From Macrostomum hystrix (taxonomy: Eukaryota > Animalia > Platyhelminthes), in contig CATNEN010000007.1 in the NCBI GenBank assembly GCA_950097015.1, positions 7,192,001-7,256,000 on the forward strand: a DNA stretch of 64,000 bases, read 5' to 3'. The notes beneath the pieces are model-generated. The model had not been told where the DNA came from, ran no database searches, and worked only from the letters and a program-made list of their open reading frames with translations. Position numbers and translations under genes: made by a program. Positions 25,357-36,677 of this stretch are shown here, piece by piece. The stretch's first letter is position 1. The number at the start of each line of letters is the position of its first letter.

Positions 25357-26614
25357 TCTGTTTGTCTACATCAAACGTGACACGGTTGCGCCCGCCGGCC
25401 ATCGGAAGCAGAGGCAGTGATGCCTTCTCTAAACCGGCCGCGGTACCCGCAGCCGACGACGCGGATGTGGAAGCCGTAATTTCCGTGCGGTGCAGTTGGG
25501 CCGGCGGTCGAGACTGCGAAGGCATCGGCTGCATCGCGTGGGACGGCGGCATCGAGTTGAGCAAATCGGTGCCGGCGTCCAAGTTGACGTGGATCTCCAG
25601 CCTCCGAATCTGGCCGTTGCCCTGAGGCCCAGCCGCGGCTCCGTGCGGCTCCTCCTTCTCGCCGACTCCCCGTCCGACGCAGATGCCGGCGCCGATTCCC
25701 AAATTCTTCTCCATCCGCTTCCGGCGAACGTCGTAGCCGCAGAGGGCCACCACCAGGACAAAGTGAAAGCCGGCAAAAGTGAACATCAGCGAGTAGGTGA
25801 CCACTTGGTGCAGCTGCTTGCGCGTCGCGATCGCCTCCTGCAGGTCGGCGATGCAGTTGTCCTTGTGGAAGGCCAGCGCGAGGCCAGGCGGCGGCGGTGA
25901 AGACTGCTGCTGCCCCCACTGTCGCCGCTGTGCGCGGCCGACTGCAGGCACCGTCGTCGTGTGGTTGCAAAGCCGCGGTAGGCGCCGGTCCAGCTTCCGG
26001 CAGCTCGCCAGGCTGTCTCGGAATGGCCGGAAGCAGTTCAAGCTGGTCAGCGACTTCTCCGGTGTTGGCCGGCGGGCGCAGGCGGCGTCCAGCGCGGCGC
26101 TTAGCTGCTGCCGCAGGTGATCGTCAACCCGCACAGTCTGGTCGAAGGCGACCATGTAGCCAGCCAGCACGGACTCGCCGCACAGGCCGACAAGGAGGAA
26201 CACGCCAAGAGCCTTCGGGCTCTGGCAGCAGCAGGAGCAGAAGATGCTCAGCCAGACCAGGGAGACAACGAAGAACGGGACCGCCGCCTTTATGCAGGGA
26301 TCCCGCTCCAGGAAGCTGACGCAGCCGCCAAGCTGTCTTGTGCAGACCAGGTAGCCAATGCCGCTGGCGCCGCTTTGGGCCGCGGTGAGGGCCAGCAGGC
26401 AGCAGAGGAGGCCGGCCAGGCAGTGCCAGCTGCGCCGGTAGCGGCTTACCTGCGGCCGGTTGGGTGAGGCCCTTGGTAACCGTAGGACGCTGTCCACCAG
26501 GCAGCAGCACATGGCGGCGGAGCGTCTGGAGTTTATAGGCGGTTGCAGTTGGAGATGTCGCTGCATGCGATTTGGGAAATCCTGAACTGTCTTGGGAGTC
26601 GCACCGAGTCTCAA
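25352..26614 (-). CDS. Uncharacterised membrane protein with tetraspanin-like 4-TM topology (start uncertain)
   Basis: Long GC-rich ORF; three clustered hydrophobic segments, a Cys-containing loop of ~115 aa, a fourth hydrophobic segment and a long low-complexity tail; no CCG motif. Confidence 0.55.
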   Translation of the reverse strand: MRLGATPKTVQDFPNRMQRHLQLQPPINSRRSAAMCCCLVDSVLRLPRASPNRPQVSRYRRSWHCLAGLLCCLLALTAAQSGASGIGYLVCTRQLGGCVSFLERDPCIKAAVPFFVVSLVWLSIFCSCCCQSPKALGVFLLVGLCGESVLAGYMVAFDQTVRVDDHLRQQLSAALDAACARRPTPEKSLTSLNCFRPFRDSLASCRKLDRRLPRLCNHTTTVPAVGRAQRRQWGQQQSSPPPPGLALAFHKDNCIADLQEAIATRKQLHQVVTYSLMFTFAGFHFVLVVALCGYDVRRKRMEKNLGIGAGICVGRGVGEKEEPHGAAAGPQGNGQIRRLEIHVNLDAGTDLLNSMPPSHAMQPMPSQSRPPAQLHRTEITASTSASSAAGTAAGLEKASLPLLPMAGGRNRVTFDVDKQM

Positions 26615-28020
26615 TTTGGCAGAGCAACTTTCATAATGCTGATTCCGCTAATCCCCACTGGTAGATTTTATCAGAGCTGATGGCACTCGAACCATTAAAT
26701 TATCGATTGACACACTCAGAAAAACCTAAATTGCCACCATGACGACTGTTAATTAGTAATTCGCTTCAGACAAAACCGGGTTTGCCACTCTCCACACCTA
26801 AAGAAACTCACTGACTTATAAATGCTTTGTAGCTGCGGCCTTGTGGGACCTCATGCTGCTGCTGCTGAGCGGGCAGGTGCAAGTTGGCAGCATCAGCAGC
26901 CTGACTGTTCTGCAGGAAGCCGGTGCCGTTGCCATGGTGATGAGAAGCCTGCAGCTGCTGCTGCTGCTCGGCGTGGTCGAGGGTGAACACCGCGGCAGCC
27001 TCGCTGGTCATCGGCGCCGACAGGACGGGGGAGAATCGGCCGCCTACCAGTTCCCGCCTGCTCTCCGGGTCCCCGGGTGGGAAGATTACCCCGATGGGCT
27101 GCCTCTAGAGGCAGGAGGGAAATGCTTGGCGCAAGAATGCCAGGGGCAGCGCTCACGGAGCAGAAGAGATCCGGCTTTGGCAGTTGGGATTTGACAGGAG
27201 AGGGGCAGCGGGATACTAGCAGCAGAGTTCTGTCATAAATAATCCACTAGACTGGGGAGGGTGGAAGAGGGGCAGCGGGAGCAGAAGGGGGAAATCGCCT
27301 CCTAAGCCAGCCTCGTCGGCCTCTGCTCCGCCTCTCTCGCCCAAAAACTGCTGCATGGGAGAGGCTTTTGTAGCGCCCGCCCCACCGCGACGCAGCGGCC
27401 ACGCGTGGGGCGGAGGCGGCCCTCACAGGAGGGCGCAGGCCCTTTTAGCTCCCCTCGCGCCCGCGCGTCCCAACTCCTCTTACTTTTCTCACAAGCTCTT
27501 GCTTGCCGCGCCGCCTTTGGCGGATGAGCCGGCAAGGTTAAGGGGAGAATCAGGCAGGAATGGGAATTATGAGGCAAATGGGGAGCGTAAGAAAGCAGAA
27601 ATCCGCTATTCCCTAGGCGCTGCATCCGACGCGGCGAGCTCAGGATCTTATAATTATGAAGGGAATTTGATTCCCACTTGTTACTATCTGTGCTGCGAAG
27701 CCCTGACCTCACGCCCCACCGGATTTCAGAAGGACCTCAATTTAGACATGAGCGCTGCCTACTGCAGGGGGTGCAGAGCGAAAGGGCAGGGAGAGCGGGA
27801 ACGCTGCGGCTCAAGGTTTTTGAGACAGAGAATAGAATGGGATTTTCCGTCCTTCCCGTCCGCAAAATATCGAGCAATGAGCGATTCGGTTGGGAAGGAA
27901 AACCGTGCAGTTTTAACTTTTGACAATTGTCAAAATCGCGTTTTTGCAGTCGGACAAAAAAATGATCCCACGTCTGACGACGCCTTACTTCACTCGCATT
28001 CTAAAATGCGAGTAGTTGAC

Positions 28021-28056
<36 letters not shown>
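28021..28056. repeat. (GCA)12 microsatellite
   Basis: Seen directly. Confidence 0.95.
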
Positions 28057-28579
28057 CTAAAAGAATGGAAATTGTAAAGCTTGCCTGCTAACTGGCTGCT
28101 GAAGTGGACAAGCAGACAGGCCTGGCAGATTGATTGATGGCACAGTTGGACTGGCGAGGCGAATGGGGACGGCTTTATGTGAGGATAATGGGAAAATGCG
28201 GAGAAAAGTCTGACCACAAGGGAGCCTCTGAATTGCTTTTGAGTGGCTTTCCGCCCATCGGCATTTGCTCTTTACCGCGTAGCTGGGGAATTAGATGTGC
28301 GTCACCGATTCTGCCATTCTTATAGTTTATCCCGATTCGCCGTAGCTTAACGTGCGAGTTCTGCCCATGCTTGCATTTCCCATTACTGGGTCCGTAAGCC
28401 TGCAGTTGACGGGGAAAATCCAACCCAGAGACTGACTAGAGAAACGCAGGCTTTAGAATCAGCAGGTTAATAATTATACATTGAATCCTCTGCTAGATAA
28501 ATCCCATCTCAAGTGAGCTCGAGTTCTAAGATCGTCTCAAATCAATGCGGGAATAGTAACGGAATAGAAATGAGACTCA

Positions 28580-28745
28580 GCCGTAGCTATTGCTCGGCGC
28601 TAACAAAGGCTGCGTACAGCTGTTCAGTCCACGCCACACCCCATCCAATTTCTACTGATAAAAGTGATATTTTTTAGTCATGCTCAAAGAAATGAATTGC
28701 TTTGTTTGGGCTGAGATTCGAACTCCCGACGGTCAGAGTTACTAA
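28580..28745 (-). mobile_element. Degenerate SINE family A fragment
   Basis: GCTGCGTACAGCTGTTCAGTCCA and a B-box-like ATTCGAACTCCC match the reverse of family A. Confidence 0.55.
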
Positions 28746-29567
28746 ACTCTGATCCATCTGCATCAAAACTCTATTTATAGAATCCCTCGTACGGGAAATA
28801 CCTGCTAAAGTTCTTCTCCTATCCATCTCAGAAATCCATTGCGTAAATCCAAAATCGAAAATCTACCCCAAATACTCGTACTTCGTAGCGCACTTGAGTC
28901 TTAAAAAATCCTAATTTGTGTCCCAAAACCTGTCAATGCAAGCTTTCAGTATAGTCTATGCTCAGACCCGATCCATCCAAGCTCACTGCTCAATCAGAGA
29001 ATTCCCTTCTCTTTAGTAGGGCATGAGTCCATGCTCACATGGCTAACCTTATCATCATCAAAGAGAGACGCCGATCGAGCCAAAAACGAAGCATTCGATG
29101 ATGAGTCCGGGAGGCTGCGAGCGACACCTCGGAAGTTGGAAGATTCGATTTCCCGATCCTCACCGACCCCTCTCGTTCCCGATCGGAGTCGGACCAGACA
29201 AGAACTTCAAGACACGATCGCTGTTTGAGCACACTTCGGTTCTCTGGAGAGGCCTGGATATAATAGAATCCAGCGGCATCTATAATCAAGTTTTTTGCGA
29301 TAATTCTCCCCGCATTCTAACTTAATAATGGGAATCTCTATGGAGCTGGGGACACTTCACTTACAAGGAAGTACGAGGCTGATATCGCTTTCCACTCAGA
29401 ACTTTAATTACCCGCAAGACCTTGAATCAAGGATCACCTTGATCCAACTGAACAATCCAGCTCAGAATAATTTATCTTTGCAGCGCCTTGACTAGTTCTC
29501 ATGTGAATACCTGGGCTGTCCAGGTAGAATAGAATAGAAATGATACCTAACTCAGCTGGGTTGGGAG

Positions 29568-29905
29568 GAGGGTGAGTGGCAGAGTGGTTAACGCGTTTGC
29601 CTCTCGCACCAAAGTGCCTGAGCTCGATTCCGCGGCGAGGCCGCATTCATTCGGGGCGCAGCCGCGGAGAGAAGTCTTGGGTGTTTGTCGTGCAATTTAC
29701 GCCCTTGAGGGCCAACCTCCATGGCATAGTGAAAGTGTACACTGCCTGACGATGAGAAAGTCAGGGCAGATCTTCGAGCTTTTGCCTGCATACGGTATCT
29801 GTGTGCGTGTGTGCTCAGGAGTCAGTGGAATGGGCAGAATTGCCTCCTCGCTAGCTCCGGGTCTAGTGTCACCAAATGATGTGCCATTGCCCGCAGCCCT
29901 CCTGC
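29568..29905 (+). mobile_element. tRNA-derived SINE, family B (second copy)
   Basis: Colinear with 19695-20044 (GTGAGTGGCAGAG.GGTTAACGCGTTTGCCTCTCGC...GGGTCTAGTGTCACCAA). Confidence 0.8.
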
Positions 29906-31801
29906 AAATATTCGCATATTGTATATTCCGCTGGGTTGGGCGCATTAAAAGGCTGTGTACAACTGTTCAGTCCATGGAGTGGGAAGCCGCCACCCCCGAC
30001 CTCCACCTCCACCTCTACCTCCACCTTCGAGCGCACTGCTGCTACACCTATTTACGACTGCGTGAGCACAAGCAAATGGGAATTGAATCGAATTTCGTAC
30101 TGCTCAACTGAGGTACGAACCATCGACCTCTCGTAAAAAGCTCCAAAGTTTGTACTACAAGCTGGACACAAAAAATTCTGCGGTGCATCACAATTTTGTG
30201 TACTGTCTGAACAGAAACATCAGCCTTCTTTAGTATCGAGTTAATCAAGAAATTTGTCAGCACGGAAATGCGATACACTGGATACTTGAGCACGCTGTCT
30301 GTGGGTCTCATCTGAATTATCCAAGCGGTTCAGGAGCTTCGTGTGAATGAAGGGACCGGCCAACAAGGCTGCATGAGGCCGGCACTCTCTGTATGGCGGC
30401 TATTTGGCAGGCTTGAGTGCCAATTATTATGCTAATTAAGGCTCTGCCGAGTTCATCCTTCATCCATCTGTAGCTGTAACTCCCGCTGGAATTAGCATAA
30501 CAGAATTCTTGCGAGTTGCTGTCCGTGTCCGACGGGGAGCCGTATTTCAGGCAATTGTCAATCTGAAATGCACTCCAACGTCAAATTCTGGTGTAGATTC
30601 TCAAGCCATGGACAAAAATATCATAAATTCATAAATTCAGGGAACTTAATTTGTTTTTTAGCTAAAATAGCTTTGAAATAGCAAAAAACTGCATTCGAAA
30701 TTTCCATTGAAGAAGACAATCTGCAGACTCTCTGATAGTTGCTGCGATAGGTCGATGAGGATTTGCTCGCCAATGCACCAGCTGTCAATCAATCCTGCCG
30801 CCGCTGCCGCGCACCTCATCATTCTGCCATTCCGCCGAGGACGCCGATCGATGAGGATCTCACTCATCCGGAGCAAGCCGAATATCGACTCCAAATCCCA
30901 TAAGTGCAATGCCATATTTTGTTCCTCTTCCTGCCGCCCACACACACAATGCCACGATAGTCTATAAGTCCCCATAACTGTGCACCTATGCGCAGGGATT
31001 GAAAGCAGTGCAGTGCCACCATTTTATTCCCGTTAATGCCCCAGTTAATGCCCGTATCTGACAGGCGTCTGGTTCTGGGGGCCGCCAGCAGCTCCTAGGC
31101 CCTCTTTTTCTGGGGCGGAAGAAAGAAGCTTTTTTGCCCCCCGCCCATCCGTTGGCTTACCGAATAGCAGCTGAGCAGACGGAGTTGAACTCAAGCCGGA
31201 GTCCGGCGGACAAATGCCTGCTTCTCAGCCAGGCCCTGAGCCGATCTGCTGCTTGAGCTGAGTCGGCTTGGGATTTTAGCCCCTTTGCAGCCTTCATGGG
31301 GCAGTGAATCAAATTCGACCGCCAGTCCCACCCTGTTAGGAGAAAGGGGAAAAATGGTCCCCGGGCCCGAGTCGCATCCAGTCGTGTTCCCGTCGTGTTT
31401 GGCCCTACCAATTCCCAGTCTCTGCGACTTCTCTCCCCAGAGAAGTGGCGGGCAGAGATTCGGAGCTTTCACAAAAAAGAGAGAGAAGAAATTTGGGAGC
31501 GAGATGTGTGTTACGAGTGGCGGACAACCCAGCGACCGGGGCTACGTCAAATTAGGGATTTTATCTTCGAGTTGCCGAGAGAGGGGTAGAGATGGGAGAA
31601 ACTAGAGGCCATAGAGGCGGTTAGGAACGTCCAATCTCTTAACATAGAACCTGGAGAGACAACTCGAGGCCGAGACCCCATTTTCCGGACCAGTGTATAG
31701 ACTAGATATATAGATATCCACAGGCCAGATGTAAAAAATATTTGTCTGTTCTTTTGGTTCCTATGGCAGAGAAAGTGCGCGTCCGAGGTCTTTGTGCCAT
31801 A

Positions 31802-32272
31802 ATTAATTGAATAATTGATTACACCTGCCCCAATCGGGCCAGGTGTGCAGCCGACAGCACAGCCGCAGCTATTGCGCGGCGCATCTGAAGGCTGCGTACA
31901 GCTGTTCAGTCCATGGACGGGGGGACGCCACACCCACCCTCAATTATCCCAGCTAATGCTGGTACCAATTTAACAGCTGGGTGAACTGAAGCAATGCAGA
32001 GTTATGTGTCCTGCTAAAGGACTCAAATTGTTTCAGTGGAGTCGAGAATCGAACCCCCGACCTTCAAGTCGTAAGTCCAACGCCCTAACCACTAGGCTAC
32101 AACCTCCTTGGCAACAACCCCCTTGGCTACAACCTCCTTGGCTACAACCGCCTTGGCTACAACCTCCTTGGCAACAACCCCCTTGGCTACAACCTCCTTG
32201 GCTACAACCTCCTTGGCTACAACCTCCTTGGCTACAACCTCCTTGGCTACAACCTCCTTGGCTACAACCTCC
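31802..32272 (-). mobile_element. tRNA-derived SINE family A with tandemly amplified 5' end
   Basis: Reverse complement of 51838-52140; 15-bp unit GGCTACAACCTCCTT repeated ~12 times at 32095-32272; TSD-like TCTTT(AT)GTGCCATA at 31789-31801 and 32273-32287. Confidence 0.9.
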
Positions 32273-32901
32273 TCTTTATGTGCCATAGACACCAAAAGAA
32301 CAGAAAAAGAACTGAACAGAAAAACGTGCTTAATCTACAGATATCGATAGCACATTTTTAGTCCGATCGTTTCAGGCCTGTGAACTGTTTGAATTGCGAT
32401 TTACCAGACAAACAGTGAGATAGGGTGCTCCTACTTTAAAAGTTTACTAGTTAATTTGATAGGTATTGAAGCTTAGAAGAGATTTAGAACAAAAGCGGAT
32501 TTAATTAGCAAGAGGAAAAAATACACAGAAACTCATTGCAGTGATTTTTTCTTTGAAGTGATCCTTGAACACAGAAAAGTTCTATCGATGCAGCAACTTT
32601 ATTTTATAAGATAGAAAATTATCATGACTAATTATGTAAACAAATACACAAAATATTATACTCGTTTCGATTTTGATTAGTACTTTGCTATAATTTGGAT
32701 TCATCTAGTTAAATAGCACTGTGTTAAAAATTGATCTAATTAAATAGAAGTATGCATCAAGAGCCATAATTCACTTATCGGATCGAATTTTGACTTTTAT
32801 TGTTGTAGCCTCTGTGTGTAACATCAAAATAGAGCAGAATATTCTTTGTACAAGATCTTACATCAACTACGGAAACACACTACTATACTATAAGTAGAAG
32901 G

Positions 32902-33348
32902 AGTAGTATGCAAGAGGGGGCTTCTAGGACAAAAATAATCGCAGCCTCCATTATCCACAAACCATTACTTTTATTATTCCCGAAGAGATCAGGAAAAAAA
33001 GGGTCCCCGCCTCTCTCTAAAAAACTCCGTCTCTATATTCTAAATTCTCTACTTTTAATATTCCACATCAGTTTGTGAGTTGAATATCTAGGACAAAAAT
33101 TATCGCAGCCTCCTTAATGCACAAACCATTACCTTTATTCTTCCCGAAGAACCCCCGCCAATAAAAAACCTGTCTCTACAGTTTGTGAGTTGCACATCTT
33201 GGACAAAAAAAATTATCGCAGCCACTCCCTAAGAGATCATGCACAAAATAGCGAAGCTGCAAAAAGCGTGCCAAGACAATCAAATTAGCACTAAAATCCC
33301 ATTCCCAAAACTCAAGACCCCAAACCTTGGGTGCTCATCCTCCGAAAA
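32902..33348 (+). repeat. Polinton left terminal inverted repeat (~447 bp)
   Basis: Reverse complement of 47900-48334 except for an internal divergent patch. Confidence 0.95.
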
Positions 33349-33504
33349 TGCTGATAACTTAAACTTGTAGTACTTCGACAGCAAGAAAGCGATCTACTCG
33401 CATTTTTTTTGGTTCAATGAAGTTCCCGATCGGAATTTCTGAGCAAGGCTGAGGTGGTTGGACAGATTTTTTAACTTCTTTTAGGAAGAGCACATGTAAT
33501 TCTT

Positions 33505-33631
33505 CCAATAGATTAAAAATATGCTTTGCGCAATTTATTATTGGCTGGTATTAAATTAAAAAATAGAGCTGATTATTGAGAGTGTGGGTTGTGTCCAATA
33601 AGGAAGTTCCCCCGATTAAGCTGCATATAAA
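33505..33631 (+). promoter_or_regulatory. Putative Pol II promoter of Polinton ORF1 (CCAAT boxes; TATAAA at 33626-33631)
   Basis: CCAAT/ATTGG near 33506, 33540 and 33595, and TATAAA ~60 bp upstream of ATG 33692. Confidence 0.5.
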
Positions 33632-33691
33632 TTGCTACCATCGAGTAGTTGTCATTCTATGCTTCGACAACAGTCTTCTTGAACGTAGAGA

Positions 33692-34456
33692 ATGGCATCC
33701 ACATCAAAAGCAAAGTCAGTGGCGCGAATCCAGGCATCTTTAGAGAAGGTGAAAAAAAAGAACCAAGCATCTCTTACGATGGCTCTTGCGGGCTTGGCCG
33801 AAATCGATCGAGAGCGTTTGCTACAAACGCTGCAACTTTTGGACAGCAGCACAGAAGAGAAGGAAAAAGACCCAACACCAAGGAAGAAGGAGGAAACAAG
33901 CGAATCCATCCGGTTTCTGACCAACCTCAAGGTGAAGTTGGAACAGTTCGAAGGCGAAAAAGTTGAAATCAAAACAAACTTTCGCAACTGTCGCGAGATT
34001 CTCACCCAACCCATTACTGAAAATACATCACCAACCGAGCTTCTTCGCCGCTTTCAAGAGCTAACGCAATTTATGGCGGATGTCGATGTACTTCGGACAA
34101 TGGCGATGTTCCGAAAAGCTGAAATCATCACTTGGATGTTGAGAAGCGAAAGTCGTGAATCCGTAATGGAAAAAACGAAGCTGACATCGGCCTACATAAG
34201 CAGACTTCGAATGTTCTACGAATTTGCGCTGCTGTACCCAGCGCTCGTCTACACCGGTTACTCGTTCGAGACGCTTCTGCATCACAAGAAGACAATCGAG
34301 CAGGAGGCGGACAACAATGAAAACTTCAGGTGTAAGATCATGATAAACCTGTCATCGGCCTTCGAGTATGAGAAGGATGACATGGAAGTCGAAGCAGATC
34401 CAGAGCTAGCGCTTACACCGCTGGCACAGGAAGTCCAGCAGAAGTTGAACTGCTAA
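33692..34456 (+). CDS. Polinton ORF1, unknown helical protein (possible HTH regulator), 254 aa
   Basis: Clean ATG-initiated ORF just inside the left TIR; a possible HTH-like segment RESVMEKTKLTSAYISRLRMF. Confidence 0.75.
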   Translation: MASTSKAKSVARIQASLEKVKKKNQASLTMALAGLAEIDRERLLQTLQLLDSSTEEKEKDPTPRKKEETSESIRFLTNLKVKLEQFEGEKVEIKTNFRNCREILTQPITENTSPTELLRRFQELTQFMADVDVLRTMAMFRKAEIITWMLRSESRESVMEKTKLTSAYISRLRMFYEFALLYPALVYTGYSFETLLHHKKTIEQEADNNENFRCKIMINLSSAFEYEKDDMEVEADPELALTPLAQEVQQKLNC

Positions 34457-34579
34457 TAAGAACTTTTGAAATGCCAGAATTTTTGAAGTGACAATTTTTG
34501 ATTTAAATTTTGGTAGAAGAATTTCCTCGAAAATTAAATGATGCGCTTCAAAACATACAAATAAAAAGTGTTCAAAACG

Positions 34580-35054
34580 ATTCAAATTTATTATTTGAAG
34601 ATTTGAATTTGTTCTTTGAAGATTCAAATTTATTATTTGACGATTTAGATTTCTTCCTTGAAGATTCAAAGATAATAAGCTACCTAATTATGCGTTTGAA
34701 GATTCAAAGATAATAAGCTACCTAATTATGCGTTTGAATATTCAAAGATAATAAGCTACCTAATTATGCGTTTGAATATTCAAAGATAATAAGCTACCTA
34801 ATTATGCGTTTGAAGATTCAAAGATAATGAGCTACCTAATTATGCGTTTGAAGATTCAAAGATAATAAGCTACCTAATTATGCGTTTGAAGATTCAAAGA
34901 TAATGAGCTACCTAATTATGCGTTTGAAGATTCAAAGATAATGAGCTACCTAATTATGCGTTTGAAGATTCAAAGATAATGAGCTACCTAATTATGCATT
35001 TGAAGATTCAAATTTGTTCTTTGAAGATTCAAATTTGTTCTTTGAAGATTCAAA
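34580..35054. repeat. Polinton internal array: 9 x 38-bp units flanked by 21-bp units, each with the palindrome TTTGAAnnTTCAAA
   Basis: GATAAT at 34671, 34709, ..., 34975 (period 38); lies between convergent ORFs. Confidence 0.93.
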
Positions 35055-35185
35055 TACGAGTATTCTTAAGCAACAAGAAAAATCGGATTCGAACCACAGG
35101 CTAAAAGTTTGCAACTGCATGCCAACCACACGCCATACCAAATATGCCAGCGAGCGATCTCTAGCCAGTTCGATGGAACTCCTAT

Positions 35186-35644
35186 TTAGCCTGCAAATGT
35201 GGGTTCTGCCTTCTCAACCCCCAGCTCTTTCAGCAGTCTTCCCAGTTCTTTATTTGGCGCATTCAATATAAAGCCAATTCCACCAAGCCCCAACCCCAAC
35301 TTTGTCTTACCAAAAATAACAGCTTTAACTAGTTTCCGAGCGATCGATTCCCTCCACCCGCTTGAAGCCCCCATATTGTCTAGCATTCTGAGCATTTCTT
35401 TGTCCCAGCGAGTCTTCTCCTCTGGAAAATCCCTATACTTAATATCATGCCACATGCAGACAGAGTCTAGCTCGTTCACAGGCTCATGCCCAGGATTTGG
35501 ATTATTGTTTTTATCTAGCTGTATTTCAAGCGGATTCAAAGGCCCGCAATATTTGTAGCCGGGAATTGTCCAGCCTTTGTTTGGATGAGGAAGCTTTTCT
35601 ACCAGTCCATGTGAGTCTAAGTTTCCACCAAAGCGTTGCATCAT
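35186..35644 (-). CDS. Parvovirus VP1u-type phospholipase A2, 152 aa
   Basis: PGYKYCGP Ca-binding loop, PVNELD, and catalytic HDIKY (HDxxY). Confidence 0.9.
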   Translation of the reverse strand: MMQRFGGNLDSHGLVEKLPHPNKGWTIPGYKYCGPLNPLEIQLDKNNNPNPGHEPVNELDSVCMWHDIKYRDFPEEKTRWDKEMLRMLDNMGASSGWRESIARKLVKAVIFGKTKLGLGLGGIGFILNAPNKELGRLLKELGVEKAEPTFAG

Positions 35645-35670
35645 TTTTATAAAAAATTAAATAAAAAATA

Positions 35671-36660
35671 ATGGCAGATCAGAAACTTCAAAAGCTCTAC
35701 TACAGTGACAAAGGATTCTTTGTAGGAAAAAATGCTGTCACCAAACTCGCAGAACTAAGTAATGAATCAAAACAAACAGTTGAAAGATGGCTCTCTAAGC
35801 AAGCAGTTTACCAAGTCTATTTCCCACCTGTTAAATTTACAAGACCTCACTTTAACATCTATAAACCTAATGAAGCGCACCAAGCAGATCTTCTGTTTCT
35901 CCCCAATGACTCAGGCTACAAGTATGCGCTCACTGTTATAGACATTGCCTCCAGATATAAAGAAGCCAGACCGCTTAAGACTAAGAAGTCAGAAGCAGTT
36001 GCAGCTGCCCTCCAAGACATTTACAAAAACTCACCGCTCACACACCCGCAAACCTTTATGACTGATCCCGGCAAAGAATTCATGGGGGCAGTCAAATCCC
36101 TTATGGAAAAGAACAATACGAAAATGCGCTACGGAAGAACTGAGCTCCATAGAGACCAGGCTTTTGTTGAAAGATTCAATCTAACTCTAGCAAAGAGACT
36201 TTTCACAAAGCAGACAGCTGAAGAGCTGAAACTAAAAAGTGGCCAATACTATACCAAGTGGACAGAAAGACTCCCCGCAGTAATAAGTCAGCTGAACAAT
36301 GAAGTATCTCGAATGACAAACCTGAAACCAAATACTGCCATCAAACAAGACACAGTTGAATCAAAACATCCAATCGCCCAATTCCCAATTCCAAAGCTCC
36401 CTGGCGTTTATTCTCCGGAAATTCTTACTAACTCTGAATTCGTTCGCTTCCTTTACTTACCAGGAGAGCTGGAGAAGGACACAAAGAGAAGAGCAACAGA
36501 CCCATACTTTAGTCTTGATGTACATAAGATAAACAGGCATTTCACATCAGCATCCGGTGATTACTATTTTCTATCCCAAGACTTTAATTCAAAAGCCCCC
36601 ACACGATCATTCACAAGGGCTGAGCTTCTAGTGATTCCACATGACACAGAAATAAATTAA
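35671..36660 (+). CDS. Retroviral-type (rve) DDE integrase, 329 aa
   Basis: HQADL, TDPGKEF and VERFNLT provide the D-D-E triad; fits the 6-bp TSD. Confidence 0.95.
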   Translation: MADQKLQKLYYSDKGFFVGKNAVTKLAELSNESKQTVERWLSKQAVYQVYFPPVKFTRPHFNIYKPNEAHQADLLFLPNDSGYKYALTVIDIASRYKEARPLKTKKSEAVAAALQDIYKNSPLTHPQTFMTDPGKEFMGAVKSLMEKNNTKMRYGRTELHRDQAFVERFNLTLAKRLFTKQTAEELKLKSGQYYTKWTERLPAVISQLNNEVSRMTNLKPNTAIKQDTVESKHPIAQFPIPKLPGVYSPEILTNSEFVRFLYLPGELEKDTKRRATDPYFSLDVHKINRHFTSASGDYYFLSQDFNSKAPTRSFTRAELLVIPHDTEIN

Positions 36661-36677
36661 ATTTTTTTTAAAATAAA

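Noticed and set aside
27302-31605. Many short ORFs (e.g. 27355-28077, 29572-30111, 30658-30975)
   Set aside because: No recognisable domains; several overlap SINEs or microsatellites.
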